Part shown: piece after piece, positions 43,661 to 54,030 of the stretch
Layout: each line of letters opens with the position of its first letter
How positions within the stretch are numbered: the first letter of the stretch is position 1
Origin: an uncultured Acidobacteriota bacterium
GTDB lineage: Bacteria > Acidobacteriota > JAQAZP01
Assembly (NCBI GenBank): GCA_963836075.1
Contig: CAWIIB010000001.1
Coordinates: forward strand, 192,001-256,000
Reading direction: 5' to 3'
DNA length: 64,000 nt
Notes under the pieces: model-generated
The model's database searches: none
What the model was told of the DNA's origin: nothing
The model's input: only the letters and a program-made list of their open reading frames with translations
Position numbers and translations under genes: made by a program

Positions 43661-44599
43661 ATGGGTATTGTTCTGATCGTCACCTGCCTGTCGCTGGTTG
43701 TCTTCGTCGCCAGCGTGCTGACCCGGTTCATCCGGCTCTCCCGGTTGCCGGTTCACCTGCGCTGGGAAGTCTACCCCGTGCCGCACGAGAAGGGGAAAGG
43801 CAAATACGGCGGTTCATATCTCGAGGAGTACGAGTGGTGGACCAAGCCGCGGCAGACGTCGAAGCTGGCCGAATTGAAGGTGATGATCCCGGAGATCATC
43901 CTGCTGGCCGGTGTCTGGGAACACAACAGGAAGCACTGGTTCCGCACCTTCCCCTTCCACTTCGGCCTCTACCTCCTGGCCGGGCTGATCGCCCTCCTCG
44001 CCGTTGGCGGCGTGGCCACGGCGGCCGGCGTCCAGGTGACGGCGGACGGGGGCCTGTTCGGTGCGCTGGTCTACTACCTGACCATGGTGCTGGGCTATGC
44101 CGGCATGGGCCTGGCCCTCTATCGGGGCGTTGGCCCTGCTGCTGCGGCGGACCTTCAACGCCGACTACCGCGAATACACCACCGGCGCCGACTTCTTCAA
44201 CCTCGCTCTTCTTCATTGCCGCCCTGGTGGTGGCCCTGGTCACCCACTTCACGGTGGACCGGCACTTCGCCAACCTGCGGGGCTTTTTCCAGGGGCTGCT
44301 GACCTTCGACGGTTCGGCGATCCCGCAGCTGTCAGCGCTGCAAAGCCTGGAGATCGTACTGGCCTCGCTGCTGGTGGCCTATATCCCGCTGACCCACATG
44401 TCGCACTTCTTCACCAAGTGGTTCACGTACCACGACGTGCGCTGGAGCGACGAACCGAACCTCGAGGGCAGCGGGTTCGACGAGAAGATTGCCAAGCAAC
44501 TTGAAGTCCACGGTGAGTTGGTCCGCCCCGCACATCCGCGGCGACGGCAAGAAGAAAAACTGGATCGACGTGGTCACGTCTTCGGGGCGGGAGGAATAG
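43661..44599 (+). CDS. Second DsrM-like (NarI-family) cytochrome b, DsrM2; three apparent +1 frameshifts
   Basis: HLRWEVYPVPHE...YGGSYLEE, FPFHFGLY, YIPLTHMSHF, WSAPHI; shifts near 44120, 44204 and 44501. Confidence 0.85.
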
Positions 44600-44606
44600 C
44601 AAGTGC

Positions 44607-46225
44607 ATGACAAAAAAACGCGTAAAATTCAGAGATATTTCGAAACCAACGGCCAGGCTGTCCGAGGAGCTGCGCAAGGAGGACTTCATGCCGCTCCCCG
44701 CGCCGCTGGACGATGCCGGAGGCTCTGCCGGACTTCCCGCCGTTGAAAGAGACAGTGGAAGAAAAGTACGAGTGCTCACTGGACGACACGGTGGCCCTCA
44801 ATCTGCCAAAGCCCGAGACCAAGGAAGAGGAGGACGAGCTGGTCGCCAAGTTCCTCTCCGGGCTGCAGAAGCTCTTCACCAAGGAGAACAACTGGACCTT
44901 TCTCCAGCCGCTGCTGCTCTCCATGGACCACTGCGCCTCCTGCCACACCTGCTCCGACTCCTGCCACATCTACGAGGGCAGCGGCAAGAACCCGATCTAC
45001 CGGCCGGCCTACCGCTCGGAGGTTTTCCGCCGGCTCTACAAGAACCATGTCAAGGGTAACGGCGGCGGGATTCTGGCCGCCTGGCGCAACGGCGAGATCG
45101 AGCTCAACTGGACCACCGTGGCCCGGCTGGCCGAGCTCTCCTACCGCTGCAACCTCTGCCGGCGCTGCGCCCAGACCTGTCCCATCGGCGTGGACAACGG
45201 CCTGATCGGCCACGAGATCCGCAAGCTGTTCAGCCAGGAGATGGGCATCGCGGCCAAGGAAATCCACGAGACCGGCTCGGTGCTGCAGCTCAAGGTGGGC
45301 TCCTCCACCGGGATGAACGACCTGGTGGTCAAGGACAACATGGAGTTCATCGACGAGGACGTCACCGAGAAGACCGGGATCACCGTGGAGACGCCCTGGG
45401 ACAAGGAAGGGGCCGACATCCTGCTGATCCACAACGCCGGCGAGATCATGGCCTGGCCGCTGAACCCCGGGGCCTTCGGCGTGATCTTCGAGTCGGCCGG
45501 GCTGAGCTGGACCATGTCCAGCGAGATCGCCGGTTACGACAGCATCAACTACGGCCTCTGGTACGACGATGCCCAGTTCGCCCGGGTGGCGATCAAGCAC
45601 GCCGAGGCGGCGAAGAAGCTGGGCGTGAAGAAGATCGTCCTCGGCGAGTGCGGGCACGCCCACAAGGCACTGACCGTGATCGCCGACCGGGTGCTCACCG
45701 GCGACCTGAACATCCCCCGGGAAAGCTGCCTGGTGACCCTGGAGGAGATCGTCATGTCCGGCCGGCTGAAGGTCGACCCGGAGCGCAACGACTTCCCGGT
45801 GACCCTGCACGACCCCTGCAACCTGGTGCGACTGATGGGCATCGTCGAGCCGCAGCGCCGCATCCTGCGCAAGATCGCCCCGCGGTTCCGCGAGATGACG
45901 CCCCACGGCGTCGACAACTACTGCTGCGGCGGCGGCAGCGGGTTCGCCATCATGAGCGGCAACAACTTCGCCGACTGGCGGATCCAGGTCTCCGGGCCGC
46001 AAGAAGCTCGAGCAGGTGCTCAACGCCTTCGAGGGCGAGCTGGACCCGTCGATCAAGAAGTATGTCTGCGCCCCCTGCTCCAACTGCAAGGGCCAGCTGC
46101 GGGACATCTTCGCCTACTACGATCTGTGGGAGAAGCACTCCATCATGTATGACGGGCTGGTGGAACTGATCGTCAACTGCATGGTGGACGCCAACCCGGG
46201 CTTCATCGAGTGGGAGCAGCACTGA
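44607..46225 (+). CDS. Second DsrK-like (HdrD-family) Fe-S protein, DsrK2; two apparent +1 frameshifts
   Basis: CASCHTCSDSC, CNLCRRCAQTCP, GECGHA, HDPCN, CCGGGSG, APCSNC; shifts near 44712 and 45997. Confidence 0.88.
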
Positions 46226-46437
46226 CCCGGACTCCGTGCCGTGACGCCGGAAGCGGACGCCCCGCGGCCCCCGATTCAGGGGGCCGGAGGTTTCCTCTCC
46301 GGCGTCACGCTGTACAGCGGAGAAGCCGCCATTCGGACAACGATACGTTGCGACAGCTGGGCCGGGTGGGGCGATTGGCTCTAAGTGCATATGGTTCAGA
46401 TGAATAGGGCTTCGCTGTCGGATTCCTTCCGATCCAA

Positions 46438-46500
46438 TGCAACAATATATGCAACATTTTCCCGAAACCCCTTGACAACCAAAATCGCTCTTGGTAGAGT
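46438..46500 (+). promoter_or_regulatory. sigma70 promoter of aprBA with an upstream TGCAACA-N5-TGCAACA direct repeat
   Basis: TGCAACA at 46438 and 46450; TTGACA 46472 -N17- TAGAGT 46495 with extended TG. Confidence 0.75.
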
Positions 46501-46767
46501 TGGCGCTGATTTGTGTCGTGAATGATACTCGTACCAGTTCCCTCGGCTGACCGCCAGGGGAACCGGAGGATTTTCAGAGAGCTTCATTTCATATACAAGG
46601 TGTCAATCAATCGGGACGAGATTTCAGGAAAACTATGGGGCTTTTTCCCAAGGAATTCCACATTCAGGCTGAAAAGATAGCCCTGGGGAAGGGGGTGGCG
46701 CCAAAGTAGAAAAGGGTGTTTTCAGTCCATCGAATCGTTAGACTTGCAATTAAAGGAGACGCTGATA

Positions 46768-47199
46768 ATGCCAAGTTATGTCATTCCCGATAAGTGCGAT
46801 GGCTGCAAGGCTCTGGACAAGACGGCCTGCCAGTATATCTGCCCCAACGACCTGATGAAGCTGGACAAGGCCACTGAGAAGGCCTACAACCAGGATCCGG
46901 ACATGTGCTGGGAGTGCCAGTGCTGTGTCAAGATCTGCCCCACCCAGGCCATCGACGTGCGCGGCTATGCCGACTTCATGCCCCTGGGCGCCAGCGTTGT
47001 GCCCATGCGGAGCACCGACTCCATCATGTGGACGATCAAGTTCCGTGACGGAAGTCTGAAGCGGTTCAAGTTCCCCATCCGCACCACCGAGGAAGGCAAA
47101 GCCGTTCCCGATGGCGGATTCGAGACGCACAGCGATCTCAACAGCCCCGAACTCTACACCGAGCCGGCCTCCGCCGGCGGGCCCATTGCCAAGCTGTAG
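46768..47199 (+). CDS. aprB: Adenylylsulfate reductase beta subunit
   Basis: MPSYV..DKCDGCK...CQYICP, CWECQCCVKICP, RGYADF. Confidence 0.98.
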   Translation: MPSYVIPDKCDGCKALDKTACQYICPNDLMKLDKATEKAYNQDPDMCWECQCCVKICPTQAIDVRGYADFMPLGASVVPMRSTDSIMWTIKFRDGSLKRFKFPIRTTEEGKAVPDGGFETHSDLNSPELYTEPASAGGPIAKL

Positions 47200-47219
47200 C
47201 AGCAGGAGGTTACAGACCA

Positions 47220-49121
47220 ATGAATAACTGGGAAACTGTTGTTGTCGAAACCGACCTGCTCATCGCCGGCGGCGGAATGTCCGCCTGCGGAGCGGCCACC
47301 GAGGCCGCGTACTGGGCCAAGGCCAACGGCCTGAAGATCACCCTGGTGGACAAGGCCGCCATGGACCGTTCCGGCGCCGTGGCCATGGGTCTCTCCGCCA
47401 TCAACCAGTATGTGGGCATCGCCGCCGGTGACAACACCGCCAATGACTACATCAAGTATGTCCGCCAGGACCTGATGGGCGTCTGCCGCGAGGATCTGGT
47501 CTACGACATCGCCCGCCACGTCGACTCCTCGGTGCACCTCTTCGAGAAATGGGGCCTGCCCATCTGGAAGGACGACGAGGGCAACTACGTGCACGAAGGC
47601 CGCTGGCAGCTGATGATCAACGGTGAGTCGTACAAGATCATCGTGGCCGAGGCGGCCAAGAACGCCATGGCCGAGCTGGGCGACAGCGGCGAGATCTACG
47701 AACGCGTCTTCATCACCGGCCCCCTGCTTCAGGACGGCAAATGTGTCGGCGCCGTGGGTTTCTCCACCCGTGAAGAGAAGTTCTACGTTTTTAAAGCCAA
47801 AACCACCATCTGTGCCATGGGCGGTGCGGTGCACGTGTTCAAGCCCCGGTCCACCGGTGAAGGTTTCGGCCGTTCCTGGTATCCCCCGTTCAACACCGGT
47901 TCCAGCGCCTACTTCACCCTGGCCGCCGGCGCCGAAATGACCTGCCAGGAAGTCCGCTTCATCCCCATCCGCTTCAAGGATGCCTACGGTCCGGTGGGTG
48001 CGTGGTTCCTGCTCTTCAAGTCCCGGGCCACCAACGCCTTCGACGGCGAGTACATGGTGGAGCGGCGCCCCGAGCTGGAAAAGTGGCTCCCCTACGGCAA
48101 GGTCAAGCCCATCCCCGCCAACCTGCGGAACTGGCTCGGCATGCTGGACATCTTCGAAGGCAAGGGTCCGATCTACATGAGGACCGAAGAGGCGATGCAG
48201 CGGATCGCCGACGAGTACAAGGACGATCCCAAGGCCTTCAAGAAGAAGTCCAAGGAACTGGAGAGCGAAGCCTGGGAAGACTTCCTCGACATGACCATCT
48301 CCCAGGCCATGCTCTGGGCGGCCACCAACGTCAACCCTGAAGAGAAACCCTCCGAGATCGCTGCCTGCGAGCCGTATTTCATCGGTTCCCACTCCGGCGC
48401 CTCCGGTGCCTGGATCTCCGGTTCCGAGGATCTGCAGACCGCCGAGACCAAGGGTGAATATTTCTGGGGCGGCTACGGCCTGACCACCACTCCCGGCCTC
48501 TTCGCCATTGGCGACGCGTCCGGCGCTTCGAGCCACAAATTCTCCTCCGGCTCCCACGCCGAGGGTCGTATCGCCGGCAAGGCCGCGATCAAGTACATCC
48601 TCGAGAACAACACGGCTCCGGTGGTGGACGACGCCACCATCCAGCAGCTCCGTGAGACGGTGTTCAAGCCGATGGTGACCTTCGAAGAGCACAAGGGCGC
48701 CACCACCGATCCCAACGTCAACCCCAACTACATTCGGCCCCGGCAGTTCATGTATCGTCTGCAGAAGATCATGGACGAGTACGCCGGCGGCGTTTCCGCG
48801 GCTTTCTCCACCAACAACAAAATGCTCGACCGGGCGATGGAGCTGCTGACCTTCCTCAAGGAAGACTCCGAGAAGCTCGCCGCCGAGGACAACTACGAGC
48901 TGGAACGTTGCTGGGAAAACCTGCACCGCGCCATGCAGGCCGAGTCTCACGTGCGGACCCTGATGTTCCGTGAAGAGACCCGCTGGCCCGGATACTATTT
49001 CCGCGCCGACATGCCGACCATGGACGAGGAAAACTGGAAGCTGTTCGTCAACTGCAAGATGGATCCGGCGTCCGGTGAGTGGGAGATGATCAAGCGGCCC
49101 ATCTACTCGATCATCGACTAG
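47220..49121 (+). CDS. aprA: Adenylylsulfate reductase alpha subunit
   Basis: RSGAVAMGLSAIN, WQLMINGESYK, RFKDAYGPVGAWF, HKFSSGSHAEGR, REETRWPGYY. Confidence 0.98.
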   Translation: MNNWETVVVETDLLIAGGGMSACGAATEAAYWAKANGLKITLVDKAAMDRSGAVAMGLSAINQYVGIAAGDNTANDYIKYVRQDLMGVCREDLVYDIARHVDSSVHLFEKWGLPIWKDDEGNYVHEGRWQLMINGESYKIIVAEAAKNAMAELGDSGEIYERVFITGPLLQDGKCVGAVGFSTREEKFYVFKAKTTICAMGGAVHVFKPRSTGEGFGRSWYPPFNTGSSAYFTLAAGAEMTCQEVRFIPIRFKDAYGPVGAWFLLFKSRATNAFDGEYMVERRPELEKWLPYGKVKPIPANLRNWLGMLDIFEGKGPIYMRTEEAMQRIADEYKDDPKAFKKKSKELESEAWEDFLDMTISQAMLWAATNVNPEEKPSEIAACEPYFIGSHSGASGAWISGSEDLQTAETKGEYFWGGYGLTTTPGLFAIGDASGASSHKFSSGSHAEGRIAGKAAIKYILENNTAPVVDDATIQQLRETVFKPMVTFEEHKGATTDPNVNPNYIRPRQFMYRLQKIMDEYAGGVSAAFSTNNKMLDRAMELLTFLKEDSEKLAAEDNYELERCWENLHRAMQAESHVRTLMFREETRWPGYYFRADMPTMDEENWKLFVNCKMDPASGEWEMIKRPIYSIID

Positions 49122-49143
49122 CCACACGGCCATTGCTTTTCAG

Positions 49144-49182
49144 CCCCCCGGGCGCGCCCTGCGTGCCCGGGGGGTTCTCTTT
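49144..49182 (+). terminator. Rho-independent terminator after aprA
   Basis: CCCCCCGGGCGCGC-CCT-GCGTGCCCGGGGGG followed by TTCTCTTT. Confidence 0.7.
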
Positions 49183-49334
49183 AACACGGCTCGGCCGTGT
49201 CCGCGGCGGTTGCGGGTGGACATCGGTGCTTCTGGCCCCGGCCAGGAGCATCGATGTTTGTTCACAACTGACCCGGACGGTGCCCAACCAGGTTCCCTGA
49301 TCCGTACCGGCGTCAGTCTGATTTCGGGTGAAGA

Positions 49335-49628
49335 ATGACAGAACAGACACCCCAGACCTGCCCCCACTGCCAATCGGCCCTGTTGCCGTTTCGCACGCCG
49401 CCCAACACTTCGTGGGGCGGCAACATCCACCTGGCCTGCTTCAACGACGAATGTCCCTACTTCGTCCGCGGCTGGAAGTGGATGGCCGAAAAATACGAAG
49501 CCCACGCCTCGTACCGTTTCATGGTCGACCCGGTGAACGGGACCACCGGACCCCTGCCGGTCTGGTCGGCCCAGGCGCTGCGCGACTTGATTCTGCAAGA
49601 GGGCGAAGAGTGGGATTCCGAGGAGTGA
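49335..49628 (+). CDS. Small zinc-ribbon-like hypothetical protein
   Basis: CPHC...CFNDEC motif; codon usage typical of the window; abuts the next gene. Confidence 0.75.
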   Translation: MTEQTPQTCPHCQSALLPFRTPPNTSWGGNIHLACFNDECPYFVRGWKWMAEKYEAHASYRFMVDPVNGTTGPLPVWSAQALRDLILQEGEEWDSEE

Positions 49629-49632
49629 CTGG

Positions 49633-50455
49633 ATGAACGAGGCCAGCGATTTCAAGAAAAAGATCATGTCGGATGCGCCCCGCCTGAACTACGGCGACCG
49701 TTTCCGCTTTTCCTGCAACCCCGGCGTGCCCTGCTTCAATGCCTGCTGCGCCGACATCAACATCGTCTTGACCCCCTACGACATCCTGCGGCTGAAAAAC
49801 CGCCTGGGCATCAGCTCCAGCGAATTCCTCGACAGATACGCCGTGGTGCCCTTCAACAAGGAAGTCAAGCAGCCGGTGCCGCTGCTCAAGATGTCGGACC
49901 ACGAGGACAAGCGCTGCCAGTTCGTTGGCCAACAGGGCTGCACGGTTTACGAGGACCGGCCCTGGGCCTGCCGGATGTACCCCCTGGGGCTGGCCGCACC
50001 GCGTGACGAAGCCGAGCAGGGCAAGCGGTTCTACTTCCTGCTGGAAGAGTCACACTGCAAGGGCTTCGAGGAAGACAACGAATTCTCGGTGGCCGGCTGG
50101 ATCGAAGACCAGGGGATCCGCGAGTACCGATGAGGCGGGGGAACTGTTCAAGGACATTTCGCTGCACCCCTATTTTGAAAAAGGCGACCTCTCGCCGGCC
50201 AAGATGGACATGTTCTTCAACGCCTCCTATGACCTGGACCGCTTCCGCCGGTTTGTCTTCGGATCGAGTTTTCTCGAAAAGTTCGACGTGGAGCAGGAGA
50301 CGGTGGACAAGATCAGGACCGATGACGTGGCGATGATGAAATTCAGCTTCAACTTCCTGCGCTACGCGCTGTTTTACGAACCGACGATGAAGTTGAAACC
50401 GGAGTTCGAAGAGATGAAGAAACGGGAGAAGGAGTTCTTCGAGGAGAAGGACTGA
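49633..50455 (+). CDS. YkgJ-family (CxxCxxCC) cysteine cluster protein; one +1 frameshift
   Basis: FSCNPGVPCFNACC, CQF...CTVYEDRPWACRMYP, HCKG; continues in the frame of 49925..50455 after an extra C near 50128. Confidence 0.85.
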
Positions 50456-50499
50456 TCCCCGAAAGGTAAGAGGCAACCCCTAACGGGAGGAACTGCGAG

Positions 50500-51768
50500 G
50501 TGAACAATCAGACGGCAGGCAACGGCAATGGCGCCATCCTGGTCATCGGGGGCGGCATCGCCGGCATCACCGCTGCGGTGGAAGCGGCGGAGGTGGGCTA
50601 CAAGGTCATCCTGGTGGAGAGGGAAGCCTCCCTCGGAGGCCGGGTGATGAGGCTTCATCAGTATTTTCCCAAACTCTGCCCGCCGACGTGCGGCATGGAA
50701 GTGAACTTCCGCCGGATCCGGAACAACCCCCGAATCGAAGTCCTGACCCTGGCCGAGGTGAACAGCATTGCCGGCAGCCGCGGGTCCTATGACGTTTCGA
50801 TCACGGTCAATCCGCGGTATGTCACCGGCAAGCAGCCGGTGAGTTCGGCCCACCTGGACGCGGTGAGCAGCGAAGTGCCCGACAGTTTCAACCTCGGCCT
50901 GCAGAAGGTCAAGGCGCTGCGCCTGCCCCACGACATGGCCTATCCGCCGCTGCACGTCCTGGACAGGGACACGCTGAGCGCCGATGAGCTGGCGGCGCTG
51001 GGAGCCGCCGAACCACAGGGTGCCGTCGACCTCGACGAGCAGCCCCGGACCGTGGAACTCAAGGTGGGGGCGGTGATCATCGCCACCGGCTGGCGGCCCT
51101 ATGACGCCTCGAACCTCGATATTCTCGGCTACAACGAGAGTCCGGATGTTATCGCCAACGTGGAAATGGAACGGCTGGCCTCGTTCACCGGACCCACCGG
51201 CGGCAAGATCCAGCGGCCCTCCGACGGCGCCGAGCCGAAAAGCGTGGCCTTTGTCCAGTGCGCCGGGTCGCGGGATGTGAACAACCTGCCGTACTGTTCC
51301 GCGGTCTGCTGTATGGGATCGCTGAAGCAGGCGCGCTACGTCCGCGAACAACTGCCTGACGCCGAGGTAACCATTTTCTACATCGATATCAGGACCATCG
51401 GCCGTCACGAGGAGTTCTACTACGACCTGCTGCAGGACGACAAGGTCCGCTTCGTCAAGGGCAAGGTGGCCAAGGTGAACGTGGAAGGGGAGAGGCTGGA
51501 ACTGCTGGTGGAAGACACCGTGGGCGGCAAGCTGCTCAAGGAGTCCTTTGACCTGGTGGTCCTGGCCACCGGCGTGGTGCCCAACAACGCCGATGCCCCG
51601 GTCCCCGGCGCCGACGTGGAAACCGATGATTACGGGTTCATCGTTCCCGGCGCCGAGCGCAACGGGATCTACGCCGTGGGCTGCGCCCGGCAGCCCACCG
51701 AGGTTTCCCGTTCGGTAAAGGATGCCACTGCGGCCGTACTGAAGGCCATCCAGGACGTGAGGAGATAG
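50500..51768 (+). CDS. qmoA: QmoA (HdrA-like flavoprotein)
   Basis: GGGIAG, YFPKLCPPTCG, QCAGSRD...CSAVCC. Confidence 0.95.
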   Translation: MNNQTAGNGNGAILVIGGGIAGITAAVEAAEVGYKVILVEREASLGGRVMRLHQYFPKLCPPTCGMEVNFRRIRNNPRIEVLTLAEVNSIAGSRGSYDVSITVNPRYVTGKQPVSSAHLDAVSSEVPDSFNLGLQKVKALRLPHDMAYPPLHVLDRDTLSADELAALGAAEPQGAVDLDEQPRTVELKVGAVIIATGWRPYDASNLDILGYNESPDVIANVEMERLASFTGPTGGKIQRPSDGAEPKSVAFVQCAGSRDVNNLPYCSAVCCMGSLKQARYVREQLPDAEVTIFYIDIRTIGRHEEFYYDLLQDDKVRFVKGKVAKVNVEGERLELLVEDTVGGKLLKESFDLVVLATGVVPNNADAPVPGADVETDDYGFIVPGAERNGIYAVGCARQPTEVSRSVKDATAAVLKAIQDVRR

Positions 51769-51770
51769 CC

Positions 51771-54020
51771 GTGGAAGAGAAACTCGGAGTATTCATCTGC
51801 ACCGGATACGGCATCGGCGAAGCGCTGGATGTGGAGGCGCTGCAGAAGGTGGCCACCGGTGAGTACAAGGCAGCCGTCTGTGAAACCATCGATTCCTGTG
51901 CCGCGGAGGACCTGCAGAAGCTGCGGGCCGCCGCCGTTGAGCAGCAGCTGACCCATGTGGTGCTGGCCGGACGCTCCGGCCGGTCCTACGCTGCCGGCGA
52001 CCTGCCCGACGGTATCGCGGTGGAAACAGTCAACCTGCTGGAGTGGGTTGTGCTGACCCATCCCGCCGGCGACGAGGACACCCAGGCCATGGCGGAGGAC
52101 TACCTCCGCATGGGAATCGTCCGTGTGAAAAAGACCAGCCCCGCCGCGCTATTCGAGGAGCATGACCGCCTGTGCAGGACCATCATGGTGGTGGGCGGCG
52201 GCATCGCCGGCCTCACCGCGGCGCGGGAGGCCGCCGATGCCGGCTACCAGGTGGTGCTGGTGGAGAAGGAAAAGGAACTTGGCGGCTACATGAAAAAGCT
52301 GCACCGCTCCATCCCCACCCGCCCGCCGTACCGCGAGCTGGAGGAAACCGGCATCGAGGCCCTGGTGCAGGCGGTCACCGCCCACCAGAACATCACCGTG
52401 CACAGCGGAACCACGATCAAGGAGACCCTTGGCGCCCCGGGCCTGTTCACGGTGACCCTCGACGGTGACGGCGCCGGAACGCTGGAGGTGGGCACCTTTG
52501 TCCAGGCCACCGGGTTCCGCCCGGCCGAGCCGGAAAATTTCGAGCACCTGGGGTACGGAAAACTGGCCAACGTGATCACCAACCACCAGCTGGAGGAGAT
52601 GGCGGCCAACGGGGGCATCAAGCGTCCGTCGGACGGCGCCGCGGTGAAGAACGTGGCTTTTGTTCAGTGCGGCGATTCCCGAAATCCCGAGACCTTCTCC
52701 TACGCCTCGGCGATCATGTCGCTCAACGCACTGAAGCAGGCGCTATACGTGCGCGAACAGGGCGAGGACGCCAAGGCCTACGTCTTCTTCGAGCACCTGC
52801 GCACACCCGGCCAGCTCGAAGATTTCTATCGCCGGGTCCAGGAGGACCCCGGTGTCTTCCTCACCCGCGGATCGGTGGATTCGGTGGCCGAGAGTGGCGG
52901 TGGCCTGACCCTGCAGGTCAAGGACACGATGATCGGCGAGGAGATCTCCGTCGAGGTGGACATGCTGGTCCTCAACTCCGGCATGGTCCCTGTGGCCGCC
53001 GACGGCGAGGCGATCCGCAAGCTGGAAGACTCCAAGGCCATCGTGGCCAAGGGGCCGGAAGATGCCAAGTACAAGGACTCGGTGAAGCGGGTGGAAGAGC
53101 TGGCCAGCCACGAAGGCACGGCTATTCTCAATCTCAACTACCGCCAGGGTCCGGACATGCCGGCGCTGAAGCACGGCTACCCCGACTCGCATTTCATCTG
53201 CTTCCCCTACGAGACCCGGCGCACCGGCGTTTACGCCGCCGGGGCGGTCCGCTCGCCGATGAACGGCAACAGCGCCGCCGAGGATGGCATGGGCGCCGCG
53301 CTGAAAGCGATCCAGGCCGTGGAGATGCTCTCCCGCGGCGAGACGGTGCACCCCCGGGCCGGCGATGTGTCCTTCCCGCACTTCTCCCTCGAGCGTTGCA
53401 CACAGTGCAAGCGTTGCACCGAGGAGTGCCCCTTCGGCGCCATCAACGAGGACGCCAAGGGAACGCCGGAATACAACGTCACCCGCTGCCGTCGCTGCGG
53501 CATCTGTCTCGGCGCCTGCCCGGAACGGATCATCAATTTCCCCGACTACGGCGTGGCGCCGGTGGCCGAGATGATCAAGGCCGTGGAGGTGCCCGACGAG
53601 TACGAGGAGAAGCCCCGGGTGCTGGTGCTGGCCTGCGAGAACGACGCCCTGCCGGCCCTGGAGCGGGCGGCAAACCACGGCCTGTCCTACAGCGGTTTCG
53701 TGCGGGTGATCCCGGTGCGCTGCCTCGGCAGCTGCAACGTGGTCTGGATCAAGGAAGCCATCTCGGTGGGTTTTGACGGTGTGCTGCTGCTGGGCTGCAA
53801 GTGGGGTGACGATTACCAGTGCCACTACATCAAGGGCAGCGAGCTGATGAACACCCGCGGTGACAACATCAAGGAAACCCTGCAGCAGATGTCCATGGAG
53901 AACGAGCGCGTCCAGCTGCACCAGGTGGAAATCACCGACTACCGGAAGGTGGTCACCCTGATCGAGGAGTTCATGGAAATGATCGAAGAGATCGGCATGA
54001 ACCCCTTCAAGGGCATGTAG
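51771..54020 (+). CDS. qmoB: QmoB (HdrA-like + 2x[4Fe-4S] + MvhD-like domain)
   Basis: GGGIAG, DSHFICFPYETRRTG, CTQCKRCTEECP, CRRCGICLGACP, CENDA...PVRCLG...YQCH. Confidence 0.96.
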   Translation: MEEKLGVFICTGYGIGEALDVEALQKVATGEYKAAVCETIDSCAAEDLQKLRAAAVEQQLTHVVLAGRSGRSYAAGDLPDGIAVETVNLLEWVVLTHPAGDEDTQAMAEDYLRMGIVRVKKTSPAALFEEHDRLCRTIMVVGGGIAGLTAAREAADAGYQVVLVEKEKELGGYMKKLHRSIPTRPPYRELEETGIEALVQAVTAHQNITVHSGTTIKETLGAPGLFTVTLDGDGAGTLEVGTFVQATGFRPAEPENFEHLGYGKLANVITNHQLEEMAANGGIKRPSDGAAVKNVAFVQCGDSRNPETFSYASAIMSLNALKQALYVREQGEDAKAYVFFEHLRTPGQLEDFYRRVQEDPGVFLTRGSVDSVAESGGGLTLQVKDTMIGEEISVEVDMLVLNSGMVPVAADGEAIRKLEDSKAIVAKGPEDAKYKDSVKRVEELASHEGTAILNLNYRQGPDMPALKHGYPDSHFICFPYETRRTGVYAAGAVRSPMNGNSAAEDGMGAALKAIQAVEMLSRGETVHPRAGDVSFPHFSLERCTQCKRCTEECPFGAINEDAKGTPEYNVTRCRRCGICLGACPERIINFPDYGVAPVAEMIKAVEVPDEYEEKPRVLVLACENDALPALERAANHGLSYSGFVRVIPVRCLGSCNVVWIKEAISVGFDGVLLLGCKWGDDYQCHYIKGSELMNTRGDNIKETLQQMSMENERVQLHQVEITDYRKVVTLIEEFMEMIEEIGMNPFKGM

Positions 54021-54030
54021 GGCAGGGACA

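Noticed and set aside
42398-44302. 634-aa ORF spanning dsrP
   Set aside because: Off-frame read through dsrP that runs into the true dsrM2 start at 43661.
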